The notes: generated from the sequence alone by a model not told the origin. A stretch of 64,000 bases of DNA from an uncultured Candidatus Saccharibacteria bacterium (GCA_964642155.1 CAZXNT010000003.1:899-64898); one strand, 5' to 3'; positions 10,720 through 20,774 are shown, numbered from the stretch's first letter. Numbers and translations are program-made.

Positions 10720-12105
10720 TTAGGGAGTTAAATATCTCACAATCACAATACCCGAACCGCCAGATCCTGCCAATCCTATTGGTGAATAATATTGCGATCC
10801 ACCGCCACCGCCACCGCCAGTGTTTACAGTCCCATTAACAGCATTGCCACCGCCGTAGCTAGTGCCTCGCCCGCCACCTCCAGTTCCTCCATTTCCATAA
10901 GTTACATCTCCACATCCTCCGCCACCGCCGGCATAAACCACAGAAGAACCGGAAATTGAATATGTAATACCATTGCCTCCATTTCCACCTTGATAATTCA
11001 AGGGAGCGTTTTGACCTACTGCATTAGCTCCTCCTCCTCCTCCAGCACCGTTATAAGAAGTGCATGGTGAATAACCATTACCTCCATTATTTCCTTGTCC
11101 TGAAGTTCCACTGCCACCCGAAGTTAAACAAGCTCCTCCTCCGCCACCACTACCTCCGGCAAGCCCATTTCCAGAATGTATTCCTCCACCTCCTCCACCA
11201 ATAGCTGTTATGGAACTAAAAATAGAATTACCGCCATTTGAGCCATTTGCCCCATCATTTGCTTGACCTCCGGCGCCTACGGTTACAGAAATATTCCCCG
11301 AGGAAACAGGAAAACTGGAATTATAAACATATCCTCCAGCTCCGCCACCACCGCCCCTCATTCCACCGCCGCCTCCACCGCCGCCCACAACAAGAACTTG
11401 GACATTGCCGCTACCTGTAACTGCGAATGTTCCGTTTGATGTAAAGGTATGAACTGTAAACGCCCCATCAGTTGTTGTTGCGCCGCCAGTAGCGCTAAAA
11501 GGAGTAGACGTAGACCCTCCTCCGGAAGTATTCCATAGGGCAAGGTCAGAGCCAAGTTCAAATCTGGTATTGTCATAACCTCCGTCATTCTGGGCAATGG
11601 GAAGGTATTTAACTGATTCTATTTTAGTTGTTAGAGACCAGGAACCTGGGATATAGGCGTAATAGTAGGAACTGTTATTAATGGGATCTACTGGAAGAAT
11701 TGCCAAGGGAGGACTTGCTTGGGTGGAATTGAAATTGACGGGTATCCAGCCTGTTCCGTCTGTTTTTCTGTATTCTGATTCTGGTTTACAGGTATATGTC
11801 CAACCTGCTGTGAGAGAAGGAAGGTCGGCAGAATATAAAGAACAGTTAGCATTGGAATCCGGGAGAGATAGATAGACGGCTGAAGAAGTGCCGTAATATA
11901 GAGTGTTGGAATTGAAGGTGTAGAGTCTTATGGCGTCGTCTATGACTTTGATTTCGGAGAGACGTTTGGCGTCTCTGGATTGTTTGAGGAGTTCCGCGGG
12001 GTTGAGAACCAATATGACGACTGTGGCTAAGGTTGCCAATACACCTATGACGATGAGGAGTTCAAGGAGGGTGAAGGCGGTTTTATTAAAAAAATTTTTA
12101 TTCAT
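10720..12105 (-). CDS. Type IV pilin-like protein with C-terminal glycine-rich domain
   Basis: AFTLLELLIVIGVL class III signal; HTFTS..TF, VGGGGGGG...GGSGIVIVRY. Confidence 0.85.
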   Translation of the reverse strand: MNKNFFNKTAFTLLELLIVIGVLATLATVVILVLNPAELLKQSRDAKRLSEIKVIDDAIRLYTFNSNTLYYGTSSAVYLSLPDSNANCSLYSADLPSLTAGWTYTCKPESEYRKTDGTGWIPVNFNSTQASPPLAILPVDPINNSSYYYAYIPGSWSLTTKIESVKYLPIAQNDGGYDNTRFELGSDLALWNTSGGGSTSTPFSATGGATTTDGAFTVHTFTSNGTFAVTGSGNVQVLVVGGGGGGGGMRGGGGGAGGYVYNSSFPVSSGNISVTVGAGGQANDGANGSNGGNSIFSSITAIGGGGGGIHSGNGLAGGSGGGGGACLTSGGSGTSGQGNNGGNGYSPCTSYNGAGGGGGANAVGQNAPLNYQGGNGGNGITYSISGSSVVYAGGGGGCGDVTYGNGGTGGGGRGTSYGGGNAVNGTVNTGGGGGGGSQYYSPIGLAGSGGSGIVIVRYLTP

Positions 12106-12113
12106 AATTATAA

Positions 12114-13154
12114 TTATACCGGTATTAAATACTTTACTTCGCCTTTTTCAATAAACATTTTAATATTTTCAATATCGGTATCTAAAATGCGCTGCAACGC
12201 TTCTTTGGTATTAAAAGCGGTATGCGGCGTAATAACAACATTTGGCATATCAATTAAAACATGGTCGGCCAAAACAGCCCTAAGATTGTGCCCCTCCAAA
12301 CTGCCGGAAAGCAAAAATTGACGTTCATCTTTTATAATTCCCTCTTCTTCCAAAACATCCGCGCCATAGCCTCCTAAAATTTCTTCGCTCAAAGCTTTAA
12401 CCAAGGCTTCTGTTTCCACGAGCGGACCGCGCGCCGTATTGATAAGCAAAGCACCTTTTTTAATTTTAAGAATATTATTGGCGTTGATTATATGATGCGT
12501 GGATTCATTATAAGGAACGTGCAAGCTCACCACGTCCGAATTCGCCAATAATTCATCCAAAGAGACATATTTAAATCCCAATTCTTCCGCCATTTTTTGA
12601 TTTGGATAAGCATCAAAAGCCAGAACCTCCATCCCGAATCCCTTGGCGATTTTTACCATAAATCTGCCGATTCTGCCCGTGCCGACAATACCGATTGTTT
12701 TTCCGTTCAAATCAAATCCGCGCAACCCTTTAAAATCAAATTGCCCTTTCTCTTTGATGCGGTCGTACGCTTCAAAAATTTTCCGCGACAAACTAAGAAT
12801 CAAAGCAAAAGCGAATTCCGCCACAGTATTGTCGCCGTAACCCGGAATATAAGCGGTTAAAATTCCTTTTTCTTTGGCATAAGCCGCGTCAATGTGGTCA
12901 AAACCAGTGGAGCGGGTAGCGATAAGCTTCAAATTCGGGAAAGCGTCAATAACTTCTTTTTTGATTTCCGAGCCGACAAAAACCGAAATAACGTCAAAAT
13001 CAAATCTGAAAGATTTGTCCTGAGCCAGCCGAAGGACTTCGTCCTTATTTAATTTCCCATCATAAAAAAACAATTCCTGATTACTGATTACTGATTTCTG
13101 ATTCCTAATATAATCGGTTTCCCAATTTTCTATTTCAAAGAATGCGATCTTCAT
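12114..13154 (-). CDS. D-2-hydroxyacid (D-lactate-like) dehydrogenase
   Basis: TRSTGFDHID, GIVGTGRIG, INTARG, TPHTAF. Confidence 0.9.
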   Translation of the reverse strand: MKIAFFEIENWETDYIRNQKSVISNQELFFYDGKLNKDEVLRLAQDKSFRFDFDVISVFVGSEIKKEVIDAFPNLKLIATRSTGFDHIDAAYAKEKGILTAYIPGYGDNTVAEFAFALILSLSRKIFEAYDRIKEKGQFDFKGLRGFDLNGKTIGIVGTGRIGRFMVKIAKGFGMEVLAFDAYPNQKMAEELGFKYVSLDELLANSDVVSLHVPYNESTHHIINANNILKIKKGALLINTARGPLVETEALVKALSEEILGGYGADVLEEEGIIKDERQFLLSGSLEGHNLRAVLADHVLIDMPNVVITPHTAFNTKEALQRILDTDIENIKMFIEKGEVKYLIPV

Positions 13155-13159
13155 AGTTT

Positions 13160-13191
13160 TATTTTACAATAAATTAGATTATGGAGCAAAT
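13160..13191 (-). promoter_or_regulatory. Sigma70-like promoter, copy 1 of a 32-bp direct repeat
   Basis: TTGCTC-N17-TAAAAT, 6 nt before ATG 13154; 31/32 identical to 14200-14231. Confidence 0.6.
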
Positions 13192-13250
13192 CAATTATTG
13201 GCGCCTATTTAATTTTTGCTTTATTTTTCAAAAATATATAAACTTGATTT

Positions 13251-13730
13251 ATGGAGGACTTATCAAATTATAATAAATTAAAGGAAGATGCACAAAAATT
13301 CTATAATGACATAGGAAAGATTTTTTCTCCCGCTCTTAATCAAAATATTCATTTCAACGCAGAAGGATTTAATCATATCGTTTTTAAAAGCGCTCGATCC
13401 GAAAGAGAACGATCATCTCAAATATTAAGATTTAAATTATTGCCTTTGGCAATTAAACTAATAAAAATATCTACTACTTATCAAGAATTTGAAGAAACAC
13501 TGAAAGAGTTTTCTGTTAAAAGTTTTAAAAAACGCATCCAAAAAACTCAACCAGTAAAATATTGGGGTATTATCGCCATAATTGATGGTAGAAAAATAAA
13601 AATAATAATCAGGCGGATTGGAGATAATGGCATAATGCACTTTTGGAGTATCGTGCCTGCTTGGACCACAAACAAACATCGCGATATAAGATTTTTTACA
13701 ACAATGAAAGGTAATCCGGAAGAAGATTAA
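13251..13730 (+). CDS. Hypothetical protein, possible BECR/RelE-like ribonuclease
   Basis: Basic 159 aa; IHFNAEGFNHIVFK and KIIIRR...FWSIVP resemble BECR-fold nucleases (inference). Confidence 0.5.
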   Translation: MEDLSNYNKLKEDAQKFYNDIGKIFSPALNQNIHFNAEGFNHIVFKSARSERERSSQILRFKLLPLAIKLIKISTTYQEFEETLKEFSVKSFKKRIQKTQPVKYWGIIAIIDGRKIKIIIRRIGDNGIMHFWSIVPAWTTNKHRDIRFFTTMKGNPEED

Positions 13731-13820
13731 AAACAAAAACACCGCCATAAAGCGGTATTTTTGTTATGCTTGCCTTCAGCTTATGTATTAGCCGAATAGG
13801 GCTGACGCCCCACAAGCACA
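13731..13820 (-). ncRNA. Candidate small structured RNA with terminator
   Basis: Three-stem junction TGTGCTTG/CAAGCATA, TGGGGC-GTCA-GCCCTA, TTCGGCT/AGCTGAA, then ACCGC hairpin and T tract. Confidence 0.4.
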
Positions 13821-13906
13821 TTATTACCATAAAGCATAATACATCAAAAATCAAGAGAAAAATGTGAATAACTCAATTTATTACCAACAACAAAAAATCC
13901 ACAATT

Positions 13907-14194
13907 TTATTTATTACTTCGTTCTTCTTCTATTTTTTCAAGACCATAATTTATCGTTTCTTCTTTCCATCCATCATTTTTAAGGAGGTCTTTCAAATAT
14001 CTTTCTCTTTCTTGGTGATATTCTTCATTCGTTTTATAAAGACCCCAAATAACAACAGCAAAAAAAGTGATTGTTGCCCCAACCTTAATTCCCAAAATAA
14101 TCGATGGTGCAAAAACTATAATATAAACTAAACCAATCCATTTTATTATATTAATTATCATTTCGGTCCAATTCTTTCCCAAAATATTTTTCAT
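13907..14194 (-). CDS. Small membrane protein
   Basis: Two TMs and charged C-terminus; own promoter-like element. Confidence 0.6.
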   Translation of the reverse strand: MKNILGKNWTEMIINIIKWIGLVYIIVFAPSIILGIKVGATITFFAVVIWGLYKTNEEYHQERERYLKDLLKNDGWKEETINYGLEKIEEERSNK

Positions 14195-14199
14195 ATATC

Positions 14200-14231
14200 T
14201 ATTTTACAATAAATTAGATTATAGAGCAAAT
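14200..14231 (-). promoter_or_regulatory. Sigma70-like promoter, copy 2 of the 32-bp direct repeat
   Basis: TTGCTC-N17-TAAAAT, 6 nt before ATG 14194. Confidence 0.6.
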
Positions 14232-14241
14232 TGATTTTTTA

Positions 14242-14844
14242 TTATCTTCTAATCATCTCCAATTTTCCATTTTTAAGCTTAATTAAGGCGGATGGTCGGC
14301 CGGATATTTTTCCGGCGTCATAATAAACAACTTTATTTTCAAAATATTTTCTTGCCTCTTTTATGTTTTTAGCTGGTTTTTCTCCTTCCCAATTGGCGCT
14401 CGGCGCAACAAGCGGACCGGAAATTTTTAAAACCTTCGTCAAAAATTCGCTTTTGGGCATTCGAACGGCCAATGTCTCGGTCCCGCGATGAAGATATTCA
14501 AATTTTTTACCGGGGCATTTTAAAATAACGCTGATTTTTGCCGGCCATATCTTTTTTAAAATTTTTCTATCCGCCCCAGAAATTTTAATCCCAAAATTTT
14601 TTAAATCATTAAAATCCGAAATTAAAACTATCATCGGCTTTTTAAAATTCCTTTTTCTCAATTTGTAAATTTTTTCAACCGCGCTTTTATCCAGCGCCGA
14701 GCCACAAATCCCGTAAATCGTGTCAGTCGGCATCACCGCCACCGCCCCGTCTTTTAAAAGCAACGCCAATTTGCGCCACGCCAAAGCTTGCTCGCCTTTT
14801 AAAACTTTTTCACTGAAATTTTTTATTACACTCTTATTTTTCAT
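14242..14844 (-). CDS. tsaC: L-threonylcarbamoyladenylate synthase (TsaC/Sua5)
   Basis: MPTDTIYG, LAVRMP, APSAN. Confidence 0.88.
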   Translation of the reverse strand: MKNKSVIKNFSEKVLKGEQALAWRKLALLLKDGAVAVMPTDTIYGICGSALDKSAVEKIYKLRKRNFKKPMIVLISDFNDLKNFGIKISGADRKILKKIWPAKISVILKCPGKKFEYLHRGTETLAVRMPKSEFLTKVLKISGPLVAPSANWEGEKPAKNIKEARKYFENKVVYYDAGKISGRPSALIKLKNGKLEMIRR

Positions 14845-15221
14845 CTTTTGGCTTCGGCTTGGCACACTTGCTCTTCATCCATTCCGAAATGATGGGCGAT
14901 TTCATGCCAAACGGTATTTTTTACTATTTCTTTAATGTCTTTCTCGTCGCGCGCTTCTTCTTCAATCGGTTTTTGAAAAATAGTTATTTTATCCGGCAAC
15001 ACAAAAGTATAATTTGCTCCGCGTTCCAATTGCGGCACGCCTTCGTATAAACCAAATAGCGTCCAGTTTGGGTGAATGTTTAATTTCTTCTTTTGGGCTG
15101 GCGTTGGCTTATCTTCAATAACGATTACCACATTTTTTAGTTTTCGTAAAAACTTTTCCGGGATTGCTTTTATTCCTTCTTCCACAAATTTCTCAAATTT
15201 TGCCTGATTTAATTTTCTCAT
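14841..15221 (-). CDS. Zincin-like metallopeptidase
   Basis: LFGLYEGVP, PDKITIF, HEIAHHFG. Confidence 0.85.
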   Translation of the reverse strand: MRKLNQAKFEKFVEEGIKAIPEKFLRKLKNVVIVIEDKPTPAQKKKLNIHPNWTLFGLYEGVPQLERGANYTFVLPDKITIFQKPIEEEARDEKDIKEIVKNTVWHEIAHHFGMDEEQVCQAEAKR

Positions 15222-15290
15222 AAATTTACTTGCCCCGTAGCAAGCTTTGCCTTACTACTGGGGTTCGTCTAATTTTTTTATGGTCAACTC

Positions 15291-15318
15291 ATTGAACAAT
15301 TCTATGGAATTGTTCAAT
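15291..15318. repeat. Palindrome family A, site 1
   Basis: ATTGAACAATTC-TATG-GAATTGTTCAAT. Confidence 0.9.
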
Positions 15319-15328
15319 AACTGCTTAA

Positions 15329-15595
15329 CTACTTTATTGTAATTTCAATTATTTTTTGGAAATCTTTGGGCATTTGAGGATTTATAGAATAAAAAACATG
15401 CCCCTCAACGCCTTGCGCATCCAAAACATCCAGATTTTTAAGTATGGCAAGGTGGTTAGAAGTGGCTTTAAAAGAAATATTCAAATCCTCCGCAATATCG
15501 CCGACATTCATCTTGTGGCCACCGGTCAGCATTTTAATTATTTTTAGCCGGTTAATATTGGCCAAAGCTCTAAAAATTACAGTCCATCTTTTCAT
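15329..15595 (-). CDS. ArsR/SmtB-like winged-HTH protein #1
   Basis: FRALAN..RLKII..L, ..SNHL.IL; 88 aa. Confidence 0.85.
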   Translation of the reverse strand: MKRWTVIFRALANINRLKIIKMLTGGHKMNVGDIAEDLNISFKATSNHLAILKNLDVLDAQGVEGHVFYSINPQMPKDFQKIIEITIK

Positions 15596-15619
15596 ATAAT
15601 AATATTATAGGATAATTTA

Positions 15620-15651
15620 TCATTGTACAATTCTATGGAATTGTACAATGA
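15620..15651. repeat. Palindrome family A, site 2
   Basis: TCATTGTACAATTC-TATG-GAATTGTACAATGA; compensatory change relative to sites 1 and 3. Confidence 0.9.
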
Positions 15652-15686
15652 GTTAATCGCCTATTTTTTTTGTTAACCAAGAAATT

Positions 15687-16214
15687 TTATTCATATTCCC
15701 ACTCTATTATTAAAAGATTCTTTTTTTTAATTCCGCAAGCTAATGCCCCTTCAATAAACTTAGTTTGTGCTTTTGTTAATTTATCTTTTCCTTTGTGTTT
15801 ACTTTCACAAAATAAAATATCCCCATTCTTCCAAAGAAACACATCAAAACAAGCAGTGGTTTTTCCTGCTTTCCATATACGCTTTAACAAATTTTCTTTA
15901 TCTTCTGGTATGGGGATACTGCTTTGGGCCAATTTCCAACTATTGGGCATGGTCCGAATAAAATTTTTTCCCCCATAAGTTTCCACCCAAACTCCATCCC
16001 ATCCCAATGAAGTAAATAACTTTAAGATAGCGAGTTCTGCAAATGTGGCTTTACTATTATATTTAACGAAGGGCTTTTTACCAAAATCAAATCTTGGCAC
16101 TTTACCCGCCCACCTCCTAAAAACTGCGTAGTATAAGGGCAACGTTACTTTTTTACCAGATGGCAATAATACTGTTGTCTTATTAATATTTTTTAGCTCC
16201 GGTGGTATAGTCAT
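15687..16214 (-). CDS. Putative PD-(D/E)xK (VRR-NUC-like) nuclease
   Basis: CFDVFLW...FCESK...DKL...Q..F. Confidence 0.6.
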   Translation of the reverse strand: MTIPPELKNINKTTVLLPSGKKVTLPLYYAVFRRWAGKVPRFDFGKKPFVKYNSKATFAELAILKLFTSLGWDGVWVETYGGKNFIRTMPNSWKLAQSSIPIPEDKENLLKRIWKAGKTTACFDVFLWKNGDILFCESKHKGKDKLTKAQTKFIEGALACGIKKKNLLIIEWEYE

Positions 16215-16247
16215 AATTTATTCTCCCAATTTTTTTTGTTGGCCGAA

Positions 16248-16279
16248 TCATTGAACAATTCTATGGAATTGTTCAATGA
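16248..16279. repeat. Palindrome family A, site 3
   Basis: TCATTGAACAATTC-TATG-GAATTGTTCAATGA. Confidence 0.9.
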
Positions 16280-16287
16280 AAATTAAA

Positions 16288-16803
16288 TTAATTAAGTTTT
16301 TGACTTTTTATTGAATTATTAAGCGTTGGTTTCAAATATTTTTCCACCAAGGCGTCATATTTTTTAAGAATATCTTTAGAGATATTCAAATAATCCGCTT
16401 TTTCTAACGGCCAACCTTTTAATCTTTTGTTTTTATCGTGATAAGGCGGTTTTGTTATTAAAAAATAAGGTTCTTGATAACAATTCACAAAAATGATTAT
16501 TGGTTGCCAAAAATGATTTAACCGATTCAACATTTCAAAATCGTTTTTATGCCACTTCGGACTCCAACGGAATTTGACTTCAATAAAAAATGGTTCGCCC
16601 TTTTTATTGATTACCAATAAATCCGGGATAGAACGTATTTTCTCCCCTATTTCGGTATGCCGGTCAAAAACTTTCTCAACTTGTGTTAAATTTTGTAATG
16701 TTGATTCGTAACCGAAACGATAAACTTGATTACCGGCTTCCCGCAAAATTTCGCTAACTAATGATTCCGCCATCCGGCCTTTTAAAATTGACTCAGGATT
16801 CAT
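16288..16803 (-). CDS. Putative PD-(D/E)xK nuclease
   Basis: KGRMAE, IPDLLV...FIEVKFR. Confidence 0.65.
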   Translation of the reverse strand: MNPESILKGRMAESLVSEILREAGNQVYRFGYESTLQNLTQVEKVFDRHTEIGEKIRSIPDLLVINKKGEPFFIEVKFRWSPKWHKNDFEMLNRLNHFWQPIIIFVNCYQEPYFLITKPPYHDKNKRLKGWPLEKADYLNISKDILKKYDALVEKYLKPTLNNSIKSQKLN

Positions 16804-16870
16804 AAATTCATTTTACCACATCAACAACAAAAAATCCGCCCCGCTAAACGGGGACGGTTTTTATTAAAAT

Positions 16871-17461
16871 TTACTTATTGTTTTTCCCTTTAATAATCTC
16901 GTCAATAATGCCGTATTCTTTGGCTTCAAAAGCATTAAGATAAAAATCGCGGTCAGTGTTTTTTTCAATTTTGGAAATCGGCTGACCGGTGTGCTTAGCC
17001 AAAATTTGATTGAGTTTGTCTTTGATTTTTAAAATCTGGCGGGCGGCGATTTCCACTTCCACCGCCTGGCCTTCAACTCCACCCAAAACTTGATGAAGTA
17101 AAATTTCGGAATTCGGCAAAGCAAATCGCTTGCCTTTTTTGCCGGCTGCTAAAAGCACGGCGCCCATTGAAGCCGCCATACCCACGCAAATTGTGGAAAC
17201 ATCCGGCTTAATATGCTGCATTGTGTCATAAATCGCCATACCAGCGGTAACCACACCCCCCGGAGAATTGACATAAAGTTTAATGTCTTTTTTCGGGTCC
17301 TCGTGTTCCAAAAATAAAAACTGGGCGATTATGCTGTTCGCCACTTGGTCGTTTATCGGCCCGCCGAGAAAAATAATTCTGTCCTTCAAAAGTCGCGAAT
17401 AAATATCATACGCGCGTTCTCCATATTGCGATTTTTCAACCACCATTGGAACTAAGTTCAT
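16871..17461 (-). CDS. clpP: ATP-dependent Clp protease proteolytic subunit
   Basis: [29 protein letters not shown]. Confidence 0.96.
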   Translation of the reverse strand: MNLVPMVVEKSQYGERAYDIYSRLLKDRIIFLGGPINDQVANSIIAQFLFLEHEDPKKDIKLYVNSPGGVVTAGMAIYDTMQHIKPDVSTICVGMAASMGAVLLAAGKKGKRFALPNSEILLHQVLGGVEGQAVEVEIAARQILKIKDKLNQILAKHTGQPISKIEKNTDRDFYLNAFEAKEYGIIDEIIKGKNNK

Positions 17462-19434
17462 TTTAAAAATCTAACAATTAACAACGCCACAATATTCATT
17501 ACTTTAATTAGTGGGTTGATTGCCGGGCCAACAGTGTCTTTATACGGGTCACCGACCGTGTCGCCAGTAACAGCCGCCTTATGCGCTTCCGAACCCTTAC
17601 CGCCGTGATTGCCGGATTCAATATGTTTTTTGGCGTTATCCCACGCAGCTCCTCCGGAAGTCATTTTAATCGCCATAAATAATCCGGAAATAATTGAACC
17701 GATTAAAAGTCCTCCTAAAGCTTTGGCGCCCAATAAAAATCCGACTGCCAAAACCGCCACAATCGGAACCAGTGACGGGATAATCATTTGCCGCAAAGCG
17801 GCTTTTGTCACGATATCAACCGCGCGGTCATATTCCGGCTTTGCCGTTCCCTCCATAATGCCCTTAATTTCGCGGAATTGCCGCCTGACTTCGTCAACCA
17901 CCGAACCCGCGGTTTCTCCCACCGCGCGCATTGCCATTGAACCAAAAAGATAAGGTATTGCCGCGCCCAACAGCAATCCGGCTATAACATAAGGGTCCTG
18001 CAAATCAAATCTCACGTCTTTAATCACGGTTGCCAATTCTTCAGCATAGCTGGCAAATAAAACTAAGGCGGCCAAACCGGCTGAGGCAATCGCGTATCCC
18101 TTAGTTACCGCTTTTGTAGTATTGCCGACCGCGTCAAGGCTGTCGGTAATGTTTCTGATTTCTTTCGGCTGATTAGTCATTTCCGCAATACCGCCGGCAT
18201 TATCGGTAATCGGTCCGAAGGAATCAATCGCCACGATTATTCCGGCAGTGGAAAGCATGCTCAAAGCCGCTACGGCAATGCCATAAAGTCCGGCAAACCA
18301 AAAACTTATCAAAATTCCTCCGGTGATAACGACAATAGGCAAAAAAGTGGCTTCCATTCCAACTGCCAAACCCATAATAATATTAGTGGCATGACCAGAA
18401 GTTGACGCTTCGGCAATGGAACGAACCGGCCGAAAATGTTTTGCCGTATAATAATCAGTGATAAAAACCATTAACAAAGTAACAGCCAGCCCGATTAAAG
18501 CGCAAAAATAAATTCCCAAATAATTCTGGCCAAAATAAAATTTTGTCAAAGGATAAAAAAGAACGGCTGAAATCGCAACTGTGCCGATAAGTCCCTTATA
18601 AAGCGCAGCCATAATTTTTTCCGACCTGTCTTTGAAACTTAATTTCACAAAAAAACTTCCAATTATTGAAGCTAAAATCGCCACTGAAGCCAGTGCCAAC
18701 GCGAAAGCAATGGCGCTGGGACCGACAATCAACGCTCCCAAAAGCAAAGCCGCCGTCAAAGTTACGACATAAGTTTCAAAAAGGTCAGCCGCCATGCCGG
18801 CGCAATCGCCGACATTATCGCCGACATTATCGGCAATCACCGCCGGATTGCGCGGGTCATCTTCCGGAATGCCGGCTTCAAGTTTACCGACTAAATCCGC
18901 GCCCACATCTGCCGCTTTGGTAAAAATTCCACCACCCAATCGCGCAAAAACCGAAATCAAACTCGCGCCAAAACTTAAACTTATTAAAAGGCGCAAATCA
19001 TTGGTTAAAAAATAAAATCCGGCAACACTCAACAACGCCAGCGCCACCACGAGAAAGCCCGTAACCGAACCAGCTTTAAAAGCCAAAGAAAACGCCGATG
19101 ATAAACTTTTTTTTGCGGCTTCAGTTGTTTTAACATTGGAACGAACGGCGATATTCATTCCGATATAACCGGCTAAAGAAGAAGCAACTGCGCCGATTAA
19201 AAATCCGGCGACCGAAAGCCAACCAAACGCAAAGTAAAGAATTATTGATAAAACAACGGCAACCAACGCGACGCTGCGCGATTGGCGATTAAGATAAGCT
19301 TTGGCGCCGGAAGCAATCGCATTGGAAATTTCTTTCATTTCCGCGCTACCGCTTGGCTGTTTCCGCAACCACAAAATAATATAAACGCTGTATAAAATGG
19401 CAATTAAAGCCGGAATAAAAATTATTGTCTTCAT
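17458..19434 (-). CDS. hppA: Membrane ion-pumping pyrophosphatase, K+-independent type
   Basis: [26 protein letters not shown] (Lys determinant), [10 protein letters not shown]. Confidence 0.93.
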   Translation of the reverse strand: MKTIIFIPALIAILYSVYIILWLRKQPSGSAEMKEISNAIASGAKAYLNRQSRSVALVAVVLSIILYFAFGWLSVAGFLIGAVASSLAGYIGMNIAVRSNVKTTEAAKKSLSSAFSLAFKAGSVTGFLVVALALLSVAGFYFLTNDLRLLISLSFGASLISVFARLGGGIFTKAADVGADLVGKLEAGIPEDDPRNPAVIADNVGDNVGDCAGMAADLFETYVVTLTAALLLGALIVGPSAIAFALALASVAILASIIGSFFVKLSFKDRSEKIMAALYKGLIGTVAISAVLFYPLTKFYFGQNYLGIYFCALIGLAVTLLMVFITDYYTAKHFRPVRSIAEASTSGHATNIIMGLAVGMEATFLPIVVITGGILISFWFAGLYGIAVAALSMLSTAGIIVAIDSFGPITDNAGGIAEMTNQPKEIRNITDSLDAVGNTTKAVTKGYAIASAGLAALVLFASYAEELATVIKDVRFDLQDPYVIAGLLLGAAIPYLFGSMAMRAVGETAGSVVDEVRRQFREIKGIMEGTAKPEYDRAVDIVTKAALRQMIIPSLVPIVAVLAVGFLLGAKALGGLLIGSIISGLFMAIKMTSGGAAWDNAKKHIESGNHGGKGSEAHKAAVTGDTVGDPYKDTVGPAINPLIKVMNIVALLIVRFLK

Positions 19435-19446
19435 AATTTTATTTTA

Positions 19447-20637
19447 CTATTCTTCTTTTTCTTTTTCAATATTTTCAGCCTTTGCGCTCTCTGCTTCGGA
19501 AACGCTTTCCGCAATTCCTTCCGCTAAAACTTCATCGGGTCTTGATAATGAACGAACGTCTATTTTCCAACCGGTCAATTTTGCCGCTAAACGCACATTT
19601 TGTCCGCCTTTGCCGATTGCCAAACTTAACTGGTCTTCGGGAACAAAAACTTTCGCTTCGCGACGCGGCAGAACATCCACTCCCTTAACTTTCGCCGGAG
19701 ACAAGGAAGCGCCCACGAATTTTGCCGGGTCTTCCGACCATTCAATAATATCTATTTTTTCATTGCCAAGCTCATTTGTTACGGATATCACGCGCATCCC
19801 CCGCTGGCCGACGCAAGCGCCAACCGGGTCAACTCCCTCAACACTGGAAGCAACGGCGACTTTTGTTCGGTTGCCGGCTTCCCTCGCGATTGATTTAATT
19901 TCCACCGTTTTATCATGAATTTCCGGCACTTCCAATTCAAATAATTTACTTATAAATTTTGGGTGAGAACGCGAAAGTATCAAACCGGGCATTCTTTCTT
20001 CTTCCTGAACCGCCAAAAGATAAAATTTCATTCTTTCGTTAATTCTATAATATTCTCCCGGGATAGTTTCATTAAAAAACATTACGCCCGTGGCGCGACC
20101 AAGGTCAACAAAAACATTGCCACGCTCAATCCGCTGAATTATGCCACTGATAATTTCGCCCTCCTTGCCCTGATATTCTTTGATGACAGATTCCTTTTCC
20201 GCTTCCCTGATTTTTTGCAAAATAACCTGCTTGGCCGCTTGAGCCGCTATCCGGCCGAAATCTTCGCGCTCTTCAAGCGAAAACTCCAAATCTTCTCCAA
20301 TTTGTGCGTTTGATTTTATATTTTTCGCTTCTTCCAATAAAATATGACGTTCCGGATTGTATAACGGCAGAACCTCTTCTCCTTCTTCCTTTTTTTCTTT
20401 TCTTTTTTCTTCGTCAAAAATCACCGTACTTTCGTCAACTACGTTTCTTATTTTCCAAAATTTAACTTCGCCTGTTTTAGAATCAAGCTTAGCTTTGATA
20501 ATTTCGCCTCTTTTGGCGTATTCTTTTTTATAAGCCGCGGCGATTGACGATTCCACCACTTCCAGAATTTTTCTCTTATCAATTCCTTTCTCGTCGGCAA
20601 TCTGTTCAATCGCGCGGTTAAGATTTTTTAAATCCAT
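19447..20637 (-). CDS. nusA: Transcription factor NusA
   Basis: FGRIAAQAAKQVI, AREAG.RTKVAV, AIGKGGQNVRLA. Confidence 0.96.
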   Translation of the reverse strand: MDLKNLNRAIEQIADEKGIDKRKILEVVESSIAAAYKKEYAKRGEIIKAKLDSKTGEVKFWKIRNVVDESTVIFDEEKRKEKKEEGEEVLPLYNPERHILLEEAKNIKSNAQIGEDLEFSLEEREDFGRIAAQAAKQVILQKIREAEKESVIKEYQGKEGEIISGIIQRIERGNVFVDLGRATGVMFFNETIPGEYYRINERMKFYLLAVQEEERMPGLILSRSHPKFISKLFELEVPEIHDKTVEIKSIAREAGNRTKVAVASSVEGVDPVGACVGQRGMRVISVTNELGNEKIDIIEWSEDPAKFVGASLSPAKVKGVDVLPRREAKVFVPEDQLSLAIGKGGQNVRLAAKLTGWKIDVRSLSRPDEVLAEGIAESVSEAESAKAENIEKEKEE

Positions 20638-20774
20638 CCCTCACCCTTCAAAGATTTTATTTTCCATTTAAAAAATGAAAAATATTAATTCTTTGAATTT
20701 TTATTTTTATTTGAATTTTTATCCACTTACTCTTCAATAATATTTTTTTAAAATATCTTTGAAGGGTGAGGGAT
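20636..20774. mobile_element. MITE-like element at the nusA start codon
   Basis: Perfect 20-bp inverted repeat ATCCCTCACCCTTCAAAGAT (20636-20655 / 20755-20774) around a 99-nt AT-rich core. Confidence 0.6.
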
